NCBI GenBank assembly: GCA_965277715.1
Contig: OZ255836.1
Span: 2,144,001-2,208,000 of the forward strand
Source: Gammaproteobacteria bacterium
GTDB lineage: Bacteria > Pseudomonadota > Gammaproteobacteria > JBCCGL01
DNA: 64,000 nucleotides
Direction of reading: 5' to 3'
In this document: in pieces, positions 19,849 to 30,292 of the stretch
How the letters are laid out: every line of letters starts with the position of its first letter
Numbering within the stretch: the first letter of the stretch is position 1
Program-made: the position numbers and the translations under genes
The notes under the pieces: generated by a model
What the model was told of the DNA's origin: nothing
Seen by the model: the letters and a program-made list of their open reading frames with translations, nothing else
The model's database searches: none

Positions 19849-20394
19849 GTGGAGATTATGCCGCAAGCTTACTCGTTGAAAAATCTGATGGATACCCTAC
19901 CCCGTGCTGGGTGCGTTGAATGGATTGGCATTCGCCCGGCTCGCGGTGAGGCAATGCTGGAACCTGGGTCAATCCACGCAATTGCCGGAAAAGGGTTACA
20001 GGGAGATCGGTTTTCCGGCCGCGCTGAAAGCCCCCGGCAGGTAACAATAATACAATACGAGCACCTTGCCGTTATCGCAGCGTACTTAGGCGATAGGGAT
20101 GTTGACCCAGCCATTCTACGCCGCAATATCGCTGTATCGGGCATCAATTTACTGGCATTGAAAAATAAGACGTTTCGCCTTGGTAGCGCCGTGTTAGAGA
20201 TGACGGGGTTGTGCCATCCGTGCAGCAAAATGGAACGCATGCTGGGAACCGGTGGTTACAACGCAGTGCGTGGCCACGGCGGGATTACGGCACGCGTGCT
20301 CGAAAGTGGCGACATAAAGCTTGGCGATGCATTGTGCGCTTTACCCTCTTGCGGCATATCAAGCGACCACGAACGCTCTAAATATATGGAGTAG
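19849..20394 (+). CDS. MOSC domain protein
   Basis: GLQGDR, LRRNIAVSG, CHPCSKM and GGITARVL motifs. Confidence 0.88.
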   Translation: MEIMPQAYSLKNLMDTLPRAGCVEWIGIRPARGEAMLEPGSIHAIAGKGLQGDRFSGRAESPRQVTIIQYEHLAVIAAYLGDRDVDPAILRRNIAVSGINLLALKNKTFRLGSAVLEMTGLCHPCSKMERMLGTGGYNAVRGHGGITARVLESGDIKLGDALCALPSCGISSDHERSKYME

Positions 20395-20449
20395 TTGCGC
20401 TTAAAAACCACCGTAATCTCTCTATTGAGCGCACCGAAAAAAGACCGGA

Positions 20450-21607
20450 TTATTGGTCATTCATCTGCTGCGCATACCAACAGGCAAAATTCGCCACACT
20501 CGGCTCCAGGCAGGAGAAACGCCCCGGCTTGGCAAACGGTGAATTGAGCCCGGTATATTGTTTTTCCAATACAGGCAAATCTTCGCCAATTGCCGTATCA
20601 AACCGCTCAAAGTATTTTTTTGCACGCGCTTCATAATCAGGCAGTTGCATGGCTTCCGGGGTAAAGCAAATGGTCATGCCCACCCTGCTGCGACCCGGCG
20701 CAATAGGGTAAACATCAAACATCCACACGGATTCAATGCTTGCCGCAAACGTCATATTGGGATATGTCCAGGTGTAGCGGGTGCCCTGGCGATTGCGCCC
20801 ATCGAGGGTTTTGATTGGCGGCAGGGTTTTATCCCTGGCATCATCAAGCAATGCAGCCGTACCCTGTGTGGTGCCAAACTGGGTGGTGTAGTTGCCGCTG
20901 ACAATGTCGGTATCGTCTGGTGTGTCGTATAGGTGGGTAATCGAATCGGGGTGTACTGTCGGCAGGTGGTAGTACTCATTAAACACTTCAATATACGATT
21001 TCCAGTTACAGGCCACTTCAAATTCCGTGCGGCGCGCCGTCACCAGGTCAGCCAGTGACCAGGGGGCATGCATTTGTGCAAAATCACCCAGCCACTCGTC
21101 CAGTGTCGGGGCGTTATCGTCCATACACAGGAATACAAAACCCTCCCGCGTGCCGATACGGAACGGGTGTAGACCAGACGCTGCTTTGTCAAAACCGCTC
21201 GTTTTTTGCATGGTCGGCGCAGCAATCAAGCGCCCCTCTGGTGCGTATACCCACGCGTGGTAAGGACAGGTGATCGACGGTGTATTGCCCTCACCTTCCA
21301 GCAACTGCATACCGCGATGACGGCAGCTATTGGCGAAGGCGCGCAGCTCACCGGATCGATCTCGAATAACAATGGTCGGCACACCGGCTATATCCATCGC
21401 CGTGTAATCACCGGGAGCGGGCCAACGGTCTGCCCGGCCAAGACCAATCCATGCGCCATGAAAAATGGTTTTCATCTCCTGCTGAAAAAAAGTGGTATCG
21501 GTGTAACAACCGGGCGGCAGGGTCTGCGACTGATCAATCGGTGGCACAACTTTTTTTAGCTGCTCATGCAGCCCTCCCAGGTTCGACTCAACCACACAAG
21601 CACTCAT
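20450..21607 (-). CDS. Rieske non-heme iron oxygenase alpha subunit (choline/betaine monooxygenase-like)
   Basis: CRHRG...CPYHAW Rieske motif and NWK...EYYHLPTVH. Confidence 0.92.
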   Translation of the reverse strand: MSACVVESNLGGLHEQLKKVVPPIDQSQTLPPGCYTDTTFFQQEMKTIFHGAWIGLGRADRWPAPGDYTAMDIAGVPTIVIRDRSGELRAFANSCRHRGMQLLEGEGNTPSITCPYHAWVYAPEGRLIAAPTMQKTSGFDKAASGLHPFRIGTREGFVFLCMDDNAPTLDEWLGDFAQMHAPWSLADLVTARRTEFEVACNWKSYIEVFNEYYHLPTVHPDSITHLYDTPDDTDIVSGNYTTQFGTTQGTAALLDDARDKTLPPIKTLDGRNRQGTRYTWTYPNMTFAASIESVWMFDVYPIAPGRSRVGMTICFTPEAMQLPDYEARAKKYFERFDTAIGEDLPVLEKQYTGLNSPFAKPGRFSCLEPSVANFACWYAQQMNDQ

Positions 21608-21802
21608 TATTCACCTCACGGCATACCACTGAAAAACAACGCATATCAGATACCTTGCACCACCTGATACCCACATAAAGAAGGTGTTAGTTTCCAACCT
21701 TCCTGTCGGTTTGTAAAATTAAATATCCCGCACTCAACCGCGTGCACCGGGCAATCCGATCCGGTATGGTATGCGCCTGCCAAAATACAGTGAATTGATT
21801 TA

Positions 21803-21997
21803 ATGACGCTAGACAAAGCCAGAGAACTTCTCGCCGTACAGGCTGATCTTGGCGGCGGTTATAACCGCAATTCTGTGCGACTGATCCTCGCCGATGTCGA
21901 TCGCGAGCACGGGCAGGCACAGGTCGACGCCTTGATACAGGAATTTTCTTTAGATCAAATCTTTGGACTTCAGGTGGGGACAAAATTCAAATGGTAG
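21803..21997 (+). CDS. Small hypothetical protein
   Basis: Clean 64-aa ORF (GGGYNRNSVRLIL) with protein-like composition. Confidence 0.6.
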   Translation: MTLDKARELLAVQADLGGGYNRNSVRLILADVDREHGQAQVDALIQEFSLDQIFGLQVGTKFKW

Positions 21998-22117
21998 CGG
22001 CCCTGATTGCGTGTCTTCCAGTCCAGGTATGCGCTTGAAAGGCCATAGGGCTGGCGCTGAGGGCAAGCTGTTTTTAAAATCCGGAGCCGAGATTAGAGAG
22101 CAATCGGTATAGTCTTA

Positions 22118-22193
22118 AATCTAAATTCCGCAGTTGAATTGTAGCGAGGGCGTCTAAGGTGCTCGCAGTAGATTCAACTGCGGAATTTAGGTT
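22118..22193. repeat. MITE/REP-like palindromic element, short copy
   Basis: Terminal IR CTAAATTCCGCAGTTGAAT...ATTCAACTGCGGAATTTAG; second copy at 55596-55694. Confidence 0.85.
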
Positions 22194-22218
22194 AAAAGTA
22201 ACCGCAACGGGAACCAGT

Positions 22219-22794
22219 GTGCAAAAACGATTTATTCAAGAGCAGGATTTAATGCTGGATGCCTACCGGCTTGGCGTTTCTATCGTGGAGTCAGGGTTTC
22301 GGCCAAACTTTATTGTGGGCTTGTGGCGTGGCGGCAGTGCCGTTGGCATTGTTGTACAGGAGTGCCTGCAACACCTCGGTATCGACGCCGACCATATTTC
22401 CCTGCGCACGTCGTATCGTGGCGCGGAATCTTATCAGCACTTAATCGAAAATGAAGAGACCATTCGTGTACACGGCACCCAGTATTTACTGGAAAACATG
22501 AATGCCAGCGATTCACTTCTGATTGTCGATGATGTCTATAACACCGGGCTGAATGTGCAGGCCGTCATTAGGCGTCTGGAAAAGAAAATGCGCCGCAACG
22601 TACCACAGGATATTCGCATCGCTGTGCCGTGGTACAAACCGGCCAATAATAAAACCGGGCGCGAGCCGGATTATTTCTTACACACGACGCACGACTGGTT
22701 AGTGCTGCCCTACGAGTTGACCGGCTTGAGCAAAGAGGAAATTATTCAACATAAAAAAGGGCTGGGGCCGATCATTAGGGATCTAAGCGGCTAA
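22219..22794 (+). CDS. Type I phosphoribosyltransferase (purine salvage-like)
   Basis: VGLWRGG, LIVDDVYNTG and WLVLPYE motifs. GTG start lies downstream of the MITE. Confidence 0.85.
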   Translation: MQKRFIQEQDLMLDAYRLGVSIVESGFRPNFIVGLWRGGSAVGIVVQECLQHLGIDADHISLRTSYRGAESYQHLIENEETIRVHGTQYLLENMNASDSLLIVDDVYNTGLNVQAVIRRLEKKMRRNVPQDIRIAVPWYKPANNKTGREPDYFLHTTHDWLVLPYELTGLSKEEIIQHKKGLGPIIRDLSG

Positions 22795-22828
22795 GCGGTT
22801 GTTTGTATAAAACCTATTACCAGGTCTA

Positions 22829-23290
22829 TTAACTTGCCACTGACTCCAACTTCAACACCATACCATCAGCCCCTACCACCTTGGCTGACGAACCGGCTGT
22901 CATGGGTGCATCCAATTGCACCCGCCAAAACGTATCGCCAATTTGCAGGCGGTGTTGCGTACTGTTTATATCTTCTTCAATCACCACGACACGCCCGATC
23001 AACTGCGTGGCCCGGTCATTGATTGCCGGGTTATCTGTCTTTTGATTGTAATTGCGCAGAAATTTCCAATAGATAATGGTCATTATTACGGCGTTAAAGG
23101 CAAACAGAGTCAGTTGATACTGCCAGCTTACATCCGGCGCGACCAACAGCAATAACACCTGCAAAAACGCGGCGGCACCGGCACCGATTAAAAAGCCACC
23201 CGCACCCAAAATTTCCGAGCTCAGTAACAACAGCCCTAAGATCAACCAATGCCACACTTGTAAACCACCAAAAAAATCGACCATAAACAC
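22829..23290 (-). CDS. NfeD-like (YbbJ) membrane protein
   Basis: Hydrophobic N-terminus, LIGR and GDTFW motifs; paired with the SPFH gene. Confidence 0.85.
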   Translation of the reverse strand: MFMVDFFGGLQVWHWLILGLLLLSSEILGAGGFLIGAGAAAFLQVLLLLVAPDVSWQYQLTLFAFNAVIMTIIYWKFLRNYNQKTDNPAINDRATQLIGRVVVIEEDINSTQHRLQIGDTFWRVQLDAPMTAGSSAKVVGADGMVLKLESVAS

Positions 23291-23308
23291 TACCTCCTGA
23301 ATCAGTTT

Positions 23309-24253
23309 TTACACTTTTGCACTGCCCGATGCATCCCGCACAATCTCGGCAATGCCCGCAATTGAACCAATCACGCTGCTCGCTTCCAGCGGGATCATCA
23401 TCACTTTGTTATTGTCTGACTCTGCCAACTTACCCAGTGCTTCAACGTATTTTTGCGCAATAAAATAATTGATCGCACGCGGATCACCGCTTTGAATGGC
23501 AACCGAAACCATATTGGTTGCCTTGGCTTCTGCTTCAGCCAGTCGCTCCCGGCCCTCCGCCTCCCGCTTGGCGGCTTCCAGTTGCCCCTCTGCCAGTAAA
23601 ATTGCGGATTGTTTTTGACCTTCCGCCACTTGAATCGCCGCCTGCCTCTGGCCTTCTGCCTCCAAAACCGAGGCGCGTTTCTCGCGCTCCGCTTTCATTT
23701 GCCGCCCCATTGCATCGACCAGGTCTTTTGGTGGTGAAATATCGCGAATTTCCACACGCGTTATTTTTACGCCCCAGGGATCAGTCGCTTCATCCACTTT
23801 GATCAACAACGCGCTATTGATCTTATCCCGGTTTGACAACATTTCATCAATCTCCATTGAACCCAACACGGCGCGAATATTGGTCATTACCAGATTTTGC
23901 ATGGCGCGGTGCAAGTCGTTAATTTCATACGAGGCTTTAACGGGATCCAGGATCTGATAAAAGCACACGGCATCCGTGGTGACCTGCGCATTATCACTGG
24001 AAATGATTTCCTGGGGCGGCACATCCAGCACCAGCTCCATCATATTTTGTTCGTGGCCGATATGATCGATAAACGGCACAATCAAATGCAGGCCAGGGCT
24101 CAGTGTTTTTGTGTATTTACCAAAACGCTCAACGGTCCAGCTATACCCCTGCGGCACCATTTTCGCCCCCTTGACAACAATTAGCAGCGCAAAAACCACG
24201 AACACTAAAACCGTAATATTCATACCCGATACAACTCCAGATAGATTAGACAT
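23309..24253 (-). CDS. SPFH/stomatin-family protein (QmcA/YbbK-like)
   Basis: VERFGKY...[14 protein letters not shown] and [10 protein letters not shown] motifs. Confidence 0.92.
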   Translation of the reverse strand: MSNLSGVVSGMNITVLVFVVFALLIVVKGAKMVPQGYSWTVERFGKYTKTLSPGLHLIVPFIDHIGHEQNMMELVLDVPPQEIISSDNAQVTTDAVCFYQILDPVKASYEINDLHRAMQNLVMTNIRAVLGSMEIDEMLSNRDKINSALLIKVDEATDPWGVKITRVEIRDISPPKDLVDAMGRQMKAEREKRASVLEAEGQRQAAIQVAEGQKQSAILLAEGQLEAAKREAEGRERLAEAEAKATNMVSVAIQSGDPRAINYFIAQKYVEALGKLAESDNNKVMMIPLEASSVIGSIAGIAEIVRDASGSAKV

Positions 24254-24508
24254 TTAAAATCCTCTTACTTCTCATACACAATAAAATAGGTGAAAGATTC
24301 AGATAGCTGACTGAAACGCATGATAAAACCCCACACAATCGCAGAGTAAAGGCACTGCATAATTGTTTCATCAAATATATCAACGGGCTGGGCAGAGTCT
24401 AAAGTTAAAGCCTGATTGATACCAGCGGAGAGTTAGCTGTTTACACTGATTCCCTCTCGTATTACTGACAAGGTATATCCCCTCCGTAATCTTAGATATC
24501 ATCACCTT

Positions 24509-25885
24509 ATGACAAAACCCCACAAAACACTCTATCACCCCAGTCTCTACCAGTTTGGCCAGCCCCAACCCTCTTATTGGGAGGCGACAGCGAGCGCCCC
24601 CAAGCTGCAAGGCGCAGCACTCGCAGGTACACATAGCTGCGATGTCGCCATTATCGGCGGCGGCTACACCGGGCTTTCTGCGGCGCTACACCTGGCACGC
24701 GATTACAGCACAGATGTCCGCGTGCTGGAGGCAGGCCACTTCGGTTGGGGGGCATCCGGTCGCAACGGTGGTTTTTGCAGTATTGGTGGCACCAAGCTCA
24801 CGCTCAAGTGGCAGTGTTCACGGTATGGCGCTGAAGAAACCCGGCGTTATTATCAGAGCCAGGTTGAGGCGATTGAACTGGTGCATCGCCTGGGCGAAGA
24901 AGAGGGTATTGATTACCTGCCACAGGGTGACTGTGAGTTTACTGTGGCCGATAGTCCTGCGCATTTCAGATCGTTAAAGCAGAGCGCTGAAATACAAAGA
25001 ACACAACTGGGATTAGACGTTCGTGTTCATTCACAAGATGAATTCAGCGAGATAGCCTACTCCTCACCCCATCAGCACGGCGCGATAGCTATACGCCCTT
25101 CGTTTGCCCTGCACCCGTTAAAATTTGCGCAGGGCCTGGCTGTGGCCGCAGAACGCCACGGGGCATACCTGCACTCACACAGTGAAGTAGTGGGCTGGCA
25201 CAAAGTGTCGGGGGCGCATGTACTGACCACAGCAAGCGGCGAGCTGCACGCCAAACGGGTTATTCTCACCGGCAACGGGTTTATGCCAGAGCATTTACAC
25301 AAGGGAATGTACGCCAGGCCACTGCCATTACAAAGCGCCATTGTCGTCACCCGGCCAATTACCGATGACGAGCTAAAGGCGCAGGGCTGGCGCACTGAAA
25401 ACCCGACGGTTAACTCGGCGAATCTCTATTTTTACTACCGTTTACTCAGTGACAGGCGCCTGATGCTCGGCGGGCGGGCCAATCATATTGGCGACCCCGC
25501 AGGTGCGCAAAACACATATGCGGATCTGCAAAAATCCATCGGCGCGTTTTGGCCACAGTTTAAGCATATTGAATGCACCCATCAGTGGCGTGGCCTGGTG
25601 TGTTTTACCCGATCATTTAGGCCCTCAATAGGGCGAATGCCAGAAGACAGCAGCGTCTATTTTGGTTTTGGCTATCACGGCAATGGTGTCAATACCGCCA
25701 CCTGGACAGGCCGCGAGCTGGCAAAGTGGTTGGCGGGGAAAACATCTGGCGATCAATTATTACCCGCGCATTTACCGGCGATTGTACGCGGTGAAACACC
25801 GCGTATCCCACTGGCATTCTTACGGCGGCATTATGTGCGCGCCGGGTTGGCAGTGTGGAAATTGCGGGATATGCTAGGGCGGTGA
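24509..25885 (+). CDS. FAD-dependent oxidoreductase (DAO/PuuB-like)
   Basis: IIGGGYTGLSAA, GASGRNGGF and GYHGNGV motifs. Confidence 0.88.
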   Translation: MTKPHKTLYHPSLYQFGQPQPSYWEATASAPKLQGAALAGTHSCDVAIIGGGYTGLSAALHLARDYSTDVRVLEAGHFGWGASGRNGGFCSIGGTKLTLKWQCSRYGAEETRRYYQSQVEAIELVHRLGEEEGIDYLPQGDCEFTVADSPAHFRSLKQSAEIQRTQLGLDVRVHSQDEFSEIAYSSPHQHGAIAIRPSFALHPLKFAQGLAVAAERHGAYLHSHSEVVGWHKVSGAHVLTTASGELHAKRVILTGNGFMPEHLHKGMYARPLPLQSAIVVTRPITDDELKAQGWRTENPTVNSANLYFYYRLLSDRRLMLGGRANHIGDPAGAQNTYADLQKSIGAFWPQFKHIECTHQWRGLVCFTRSFRPSIGRMPEDSSVYFGFGYHGNGVNTATWTGRELAKWLAGKTSGDQLLPAHLPAIVRGETPRIPLAFLRRHYVRAGLAVWKLRDMLGR

Positions 25886-25956
25886 ACCACGATCTTTTTG
25901 CGTAAACAAAAAACGGGCATCAAACGCCATTACAACAGTATAAACCGGGGAAAACG

Positions 25957-27060
25957 ATGACAGAATTAAGCCGCACCTCTGCACTTGCATCACGACATAC
26001 CGCCCTTGGGTCGGGCCTTGAAGACTGGAATGGCATGGGAACCGCCTGGAGCTATAACACCAACCCTGAAGATGAACACGATGCCGTTCGCGAATCGGCG
26101 GGCCTGTTCGATATGTCCCCCCTGAAGAAAGTTTATGTCCGTGGGCCAGACGCTGCCAAGGTCGTGGATCATGTGATAAGCCGCGATACGACCGCGATTT
26201 ACCCCGGAAAATCGGCCTATGGCGCCATTCTCACCGAGCAGGGCACCGTATGTGATGACGCCATTATCGCCAATAATGGTAATAACGAGTGGATGCATTG
26301 TCACGGTTCGGGGGATAGCATGGCGCGGCTGCAAGAATCTGCTGCGGGTTTGAATGTTGACATAACCCTGGATGATAGCTTGCACGATATCTCACTACAG
26401 GGGCCTAAAGCGCTGCAATTGCTCGACCCGCATACACCGATTGACCTATCCCAACTGGCCTATTTTCATCACCAACAGACAACACTGTTTGGCCATGCCT
26501 GCCGTATCTCCCGTACGGGGTACTCGGGTGAACGCGGCTATGAGATTTTTGCCGATGCATCGGTTGTCTGCGATATATGGGATCACATACTCGGCCACGG
26601 TGCATCAGAGGGCGTTATGCCCTGTTCTTTTACAGCACTCGATAAAGTGCGAATAGAAGCTGCCCTGCTATTTTTTGGTTACGACATGACAGACGAACAC
26701 AGCCCGTGGGAAGTGGGGCTTGGCTTTACCATCAACCCAGACAAGGGTGATTTCCGGGGCGGGGACCAGGCGCTTGCAGCGCGGGGTAAAGAACGCTTCG
26801 TCGCTGCGGGTATTGCCTGTCACCACAATGACGCGCTGGCCGGTGGTGAAATACTGCAAATCAATGGCGAGCCTGTCGGTGTGGTGAATAGCCCTGCCTG
26901 GTCGCACCGGTTGAATAAATCCCTGGCACTGGTGCACCTGAGTAAAGACGCGGCGAAACCCGGCACCCCTGTCGATGTGAGTAGCGATGCATTCCAGGGC
27001 ACAGCCGTGGTTGAAAATACACCTTTTTTCGACCCACAAAAATCCCGAACCCACGCTTGA
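25957..27060 (+). CDS. Aminomethyltransferase (GcvT/DmdA family, folate-binding)
   Basis: AGLFDMS, LQGP, RTGYSGERGYEI, RIEA and PFFDP motifs. Confidence 0.9.
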   Translation: MTELSRTSALASRHTALGSGLEDWNGMGTAWSYNTNPEDEHDAVRESAGLFDMSPLKKVYVRGPDAAKVVDHVISRDTTAIYPGKSAYGAILTEQGTVCDDAIIANNGNNEWMHCHGSGDSMARLQESAAGLNVDITLDDSLHDISLQGPKALQLLDPHTPIDLSQLAYFHHQQTTLFGHACRISRTGYSGERGYEIFADASVVCDIWDHILGHGASEGVMPCSFTALDKVRIEAALLFFGYDMTDEHSPWEVGLGFTINPDKGDFRGGDQALAARGKERFVAAGIACHHNDALAGGEILQINGEPVGVVNSPAWSHRLNKSLALVHLSKDAAKPGTPVDVSSDAFQGTAVVENTPFFDPQKSRTHA

Positions 27061-27089
27061 TATGCGCCTGCTTAACACGCCCGCCCAAC

Positions 27090-28625
27090 ATGCCTGACAT
27101 CACGCCCAAAAAGCGCAAGCGCAGCCGACGGGGCAATCCGGCACAGCAAACCGATACCCCCGAGGCCCCGGCATTTCTAACCCGAAAAATTCGGCCTTAC
27201 GATCTCCTCGAAGAAGAGGAACTGGTTAAGCTGGAACAACATGCAGACTGGATACTCGCGCAAATAGGCATCGAAATACGCGGTGACCCGGTTGCATTGG
27301 CCCTATTCAGGGCAGCGGGGGCCAGCGTCAGCGGTGAACGCATTCGCTTTGAGCCGGGACAGGCACGCAACCTGTGCCAAACCGCCCCCAAAAGCTACGT
27401 GATGTATGCGCGCAACCCGGCGCGCAATATCGAATTTGGCGGTAATAAACTGATCCTGGCACCGGCCTATGGCTCCCCCTTTGTGACGGATATAAAAGCA
27501 GGGCGCCGCTATGGCACAGTGAAAGATTTCCAAAACTTTATCAAGCTGACGTATATGACCCCCTGGCTGCACCATCAGAGTGGCACCGTTTGTGAGCCTG
27601 TCGATGTCGCGGTCAACAAGCGCCACCTCGATATGGTATACGCCCACCTGCGTTATTCAGACAAACCCTTTATGGGGTCAGTTACCGCCCCTGAACGTGC
27701 CGAGGATTCACTGGCGATGGCCCGGATTGTCTTTGGCGAGGACTTTATGCGCGACCATCTGGTGATACAGGGCAATATCAACGTCAACTCACCTTTGGTT
27801 TACGATGACACCATGACCGGCGCGCTCCGCACTTATGCAGCGGCAAACCAGGGCAGTGTTATCTCCCCTTTTATTCTCGGCGGCGCCATGAGCCCGGTGA
27901 CACAGCCTGCATTGATTGCACAAGCCCATGCAGAGGCCATGGTGGGTATCGCCCTGACTCAACTGGTGCGCCCCGGTGCGCCAGTGGTGTACGGTGCCTT
28001 TCTGACTACCATGGATTTAAAAACGGGCGCGCCCACATTCGGCACACCTGAATCGACTCTCGCCTGTTTGGCCATCGCGCAGTTATGTCGACGTTTAGGG
28101 CTGCCTTTTCGTTGTGGTGGCCACCTCACCGCCGCCAAGCTGGCGGATGCCCAGGCAATGCAGGAGTCCACCGACACAATGAACCCTGCCATTATGGCGG
28201 GAGCCAATTTTATCTTTCAATCGGCGGGCTGGTTGGAAGGGGGGTTAACCATTGGCTATGAAAAGTTTGTTATGGACGTGGATCACTGTGGCGCGATTGC
28301 CCGCATGGTTGAAGGGTTAAGCCTGGATGACAACCAACTCGCGGCAGATGCGTACCTGGAAGCGGGTGTTGGGACTAATTTTCTCGGTGTTGCCCATACC
28401 CTGCGCAATTATAAAACGGCTAATTACCGCGCTGAACTGGCCGATACCCGCTCATTTGAACAGTGGACAGATGATGGCGGCGAGGACATGCAACAACGCG
28501 CTTACCATCGCTGGAACAAGCTGTTGGCAGAGTACCAGGCACCTGCCATTGCGCCAGACGTCGATCAGGCGTTATTGGCGTTTATCGCTGAAAGAAAAGC
28601 CTCAATGGAGGATGCCTGGTATTAA
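27090..28625 (+). CDS. Trimethylamine methyltransferase (MttB) superfamily protein, non-pyrrolysine
   Basis: NVNSPL, GAMSPVT, GAPTFGTPE and AGWLEGGL motifs; no in-frame TAG. Confidence 0.92.
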   Translation: MPDITPKKRKRSRRGNPAQQTDTPEAPAFLTRKIRPYDLLEEEELVKLEQHADWILAQIGIEIRGDPVALALFRAAGASVSGERIRFEPGQARNLCQTAPKSYVMYARNPARNIEFGGNKLILAPAYGSPFVTDIKAGRRYGTVKDFQNFIKLTYMTPWLHHQSGTVCEPVDVAVNKRHLDMVYAHLRYSDKPFMGSVTAPERAEDSLAMARIVFGEDFMRDHLVIQGNINVNSPLVYDDTMTGALRTYAAANQGSVISPFILGGAMSPVTQPALIAQAHAEAMVGIALTQLVRPGAPVVYGAFLTTMDLKTGAPTFGTPESTLACLAIAQLCRRLGLPFRCGGHLTAAKLADAQAMQESTDTMNPAIMAGANFIFQSAGWLEGGLTIGYEKFVMDVDHCGAIARMVEGLSLDDNQLAADAYLEAGVGTNFLGVAHTLRNYKTANYRAELADTRSFEQWTDDGGEDMQQRAYHRWNKLLAEYQAPAIAPDVDQALLAFIAERKASMEDAWY

Positions 28626-28925
28626 AGAGTAGCAGTCCTGGGGGGTCATTTAGGTTTGTTTCTGGGCTGTAAATTGCTTTGGCAGGTAATGCGTGCTAAT
28701 CGTTGCCGAAAAATGGCTAACGACTGGCATGGTGTAAAAATCTACGATGGGTTGGCTAATGACACCAGTGCAGGGGCGGGAATTCCGAACTCTCTTACTG
28801 GTGCGCCGTTAATTTTGAATTGATGAGTTATTAGTTTCAAGCGACGGTGTTAATATTTTAACACGCTATAAATTTCCACTGTCAGCGATTAAAATGCCTG
28901 GTTTCTCTGAGGCGTTTCTGCGTTG

Positions 28926-29561
28926 ATGTCCCCTGATTTTGATCCACTGTTTGTCGATAAATTAGACGATTTGTTTGTCTGGCGGCGCGATGTGCGGCAT
29001 TTCAAAACGACGCCATTGGCCGATGGTGTGTTAGATGAAGTGCTGGATAGAGCCTGTCTGTCACCATCGGTGGGTAATAGCCAGCCGTGGCGGTTTGTAA
29101 AGGTCGATGAAGGCGGGCGGCGGGCGGCTGTTGTTGCCAATTTTGAAATGTGTAACCACCAGGCATTGAATGATTATCAGGGTGAGCAAGCCAGGCTTTA
29201 TGCCAGTTTAAAACTGGCAGGGTTAAAAAATGCCCCCGTACATCTGGCTGTATTTACGGACACCAGCACAGCACAAGGCTCTGGCCTCGGGCGTAAAACC
29301 ATGCCGGAGATGCTGCATTATTCCAGTGTGTGCATGATCATGGGGTTGTGGTTATTGGCCAGGGCACGCGGGGTAGGTGTTGGGTGGGTATCGATTGTTG
29401 ATCCTGAAGAAATCGCCAACGCGCTTGAAGTGCCCGATACCTGGGAGCTGGATGCTTATTTGTGCATTGGCTATGCCGATGAACAGGATATTACCCCGGA
29501 ACTGGAGCGTTTGGGCTGGCAGTCCCGCTCGCAGTGTGGTCGGCAGGTGTTGCAGCGTTGA
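28926..29561 (+). CDS. bluB: 5,6-dimethylbenzimidazole synthase
   Basis: WRRDVRHF, PSVGNSQPWRF, LKLAGL and GVGWVSI motifs. Confidence 0.92.
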   Translation: MSPDFDPLFVDKLDDLFVWRRDVRHFKTTPLADGVLDEVLDRACLSPSVGNSQPWRFVKVDEGGRRAAVVANFEMCNHQALNDYQGEQARLYASLKLAGLKNAPVHLAVFTDTSTAQGSGLGRKTMPEMLHYSSVCMIMGLWLLARARGVGVGWVSIVDPEEIANALEVPDTWELDAYLCIGYADEQDITPELERLGWQSRSQCGRQVLQR

Positions 29562-30292
29562 CAACAAACGCGGGCGTTTTTCTGGAGTCGATAACCTGGC
29601 AGGAGGCTGAGCGCTGGTTGACGCCCGAGCGCGTGGTGGTGATTCCATTAGGCGCTGCCGCCAAAGAACACGGGCCACACCTGACACTGGGCAACGATGC
29701 GATTACCGCAAACTGGCTGGCACGCGAAGTGTGCCAGCGATTACCTGTAGTGATTACACCTTTGGTCAACACACATTTTTACCCGGCATTCGTTGAATAC
29801 CCCGGTTCCATTAGCTTACGCGAATCGACAGCGCGTGATGTGATTGTGGATATTTGTAACAGCCTGTCGGCATTTGGTGTGCAAAATTTTTATGTACTAA
29901 ACACGGGTGTTTCCACTGAAAAGCCCTTAACTGCAGCGGCACAACAACTTGCAACAAACAACCTGAAATTGAAATTCCTGCGGCTCACAGAGGCCTATGC
30001 TGATTTGCCAAAAACATTATTCAGCCAGTCACATGGCAGCCATGCAGACGAACGCGAAACCTCGCTGATGCTACATATCGCCCCTGAAACCGTACAGATG
30101 GATAAAGCAATGTGCGATGGAACGGAAGGAAACGGCTATCTATCGCGAACACCGGGGCAGGGTACTTACTCCCCCAGCGGAATTTATGGCGATGCAACCC
30201 TGGCAAACCAGGATAAAGGACGCGTATTAGCAGCGTGTATGCTTAAGCATATCTGCCAGGAAATAAACTTGTTCAAAACCAAATTCCAGTGA
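29558..30292 (+). CDS. Creatininase / creatinine amidohydrolase family protein
   Basis: EHGPHL, PGSISL and HADERETS motifs; TTG start overlaps the bluB stop. Confidence 0.85.
   Translation: MTTNAGVFLESITWQEAERWLTPERVVVIPLGAAAKEHGPHLTLGNDAITANWLAREVCQRLPVVITPLVNTHFYPAFVEYPGSISLRESTARDVIVDICNSLSAFGVQNFYVLNTGVSTEKPLTAAAQQLATNNLKLKFLRLTEAYADLPKTLFSQSHGSHADERETSLMLHIAPETVQMDKAMCDGTEGNGYLSRTPGQGTYSPSGIYGDATLANQDKGRVLAACMLKHICQEINLFKTKFQ

Noticed and set aside
27090-28625. Pyrrolysine recoding in MttB
   Set aside because: The ORF is open with no in-frame TAG, and there are no pyl genes in the window.
28626-28922. Cobalamin riboswitch upstream of bluB
   Set aside because: Could not find the conserved GGGAA and GCCACTG B12-box elements in the right arrangement.
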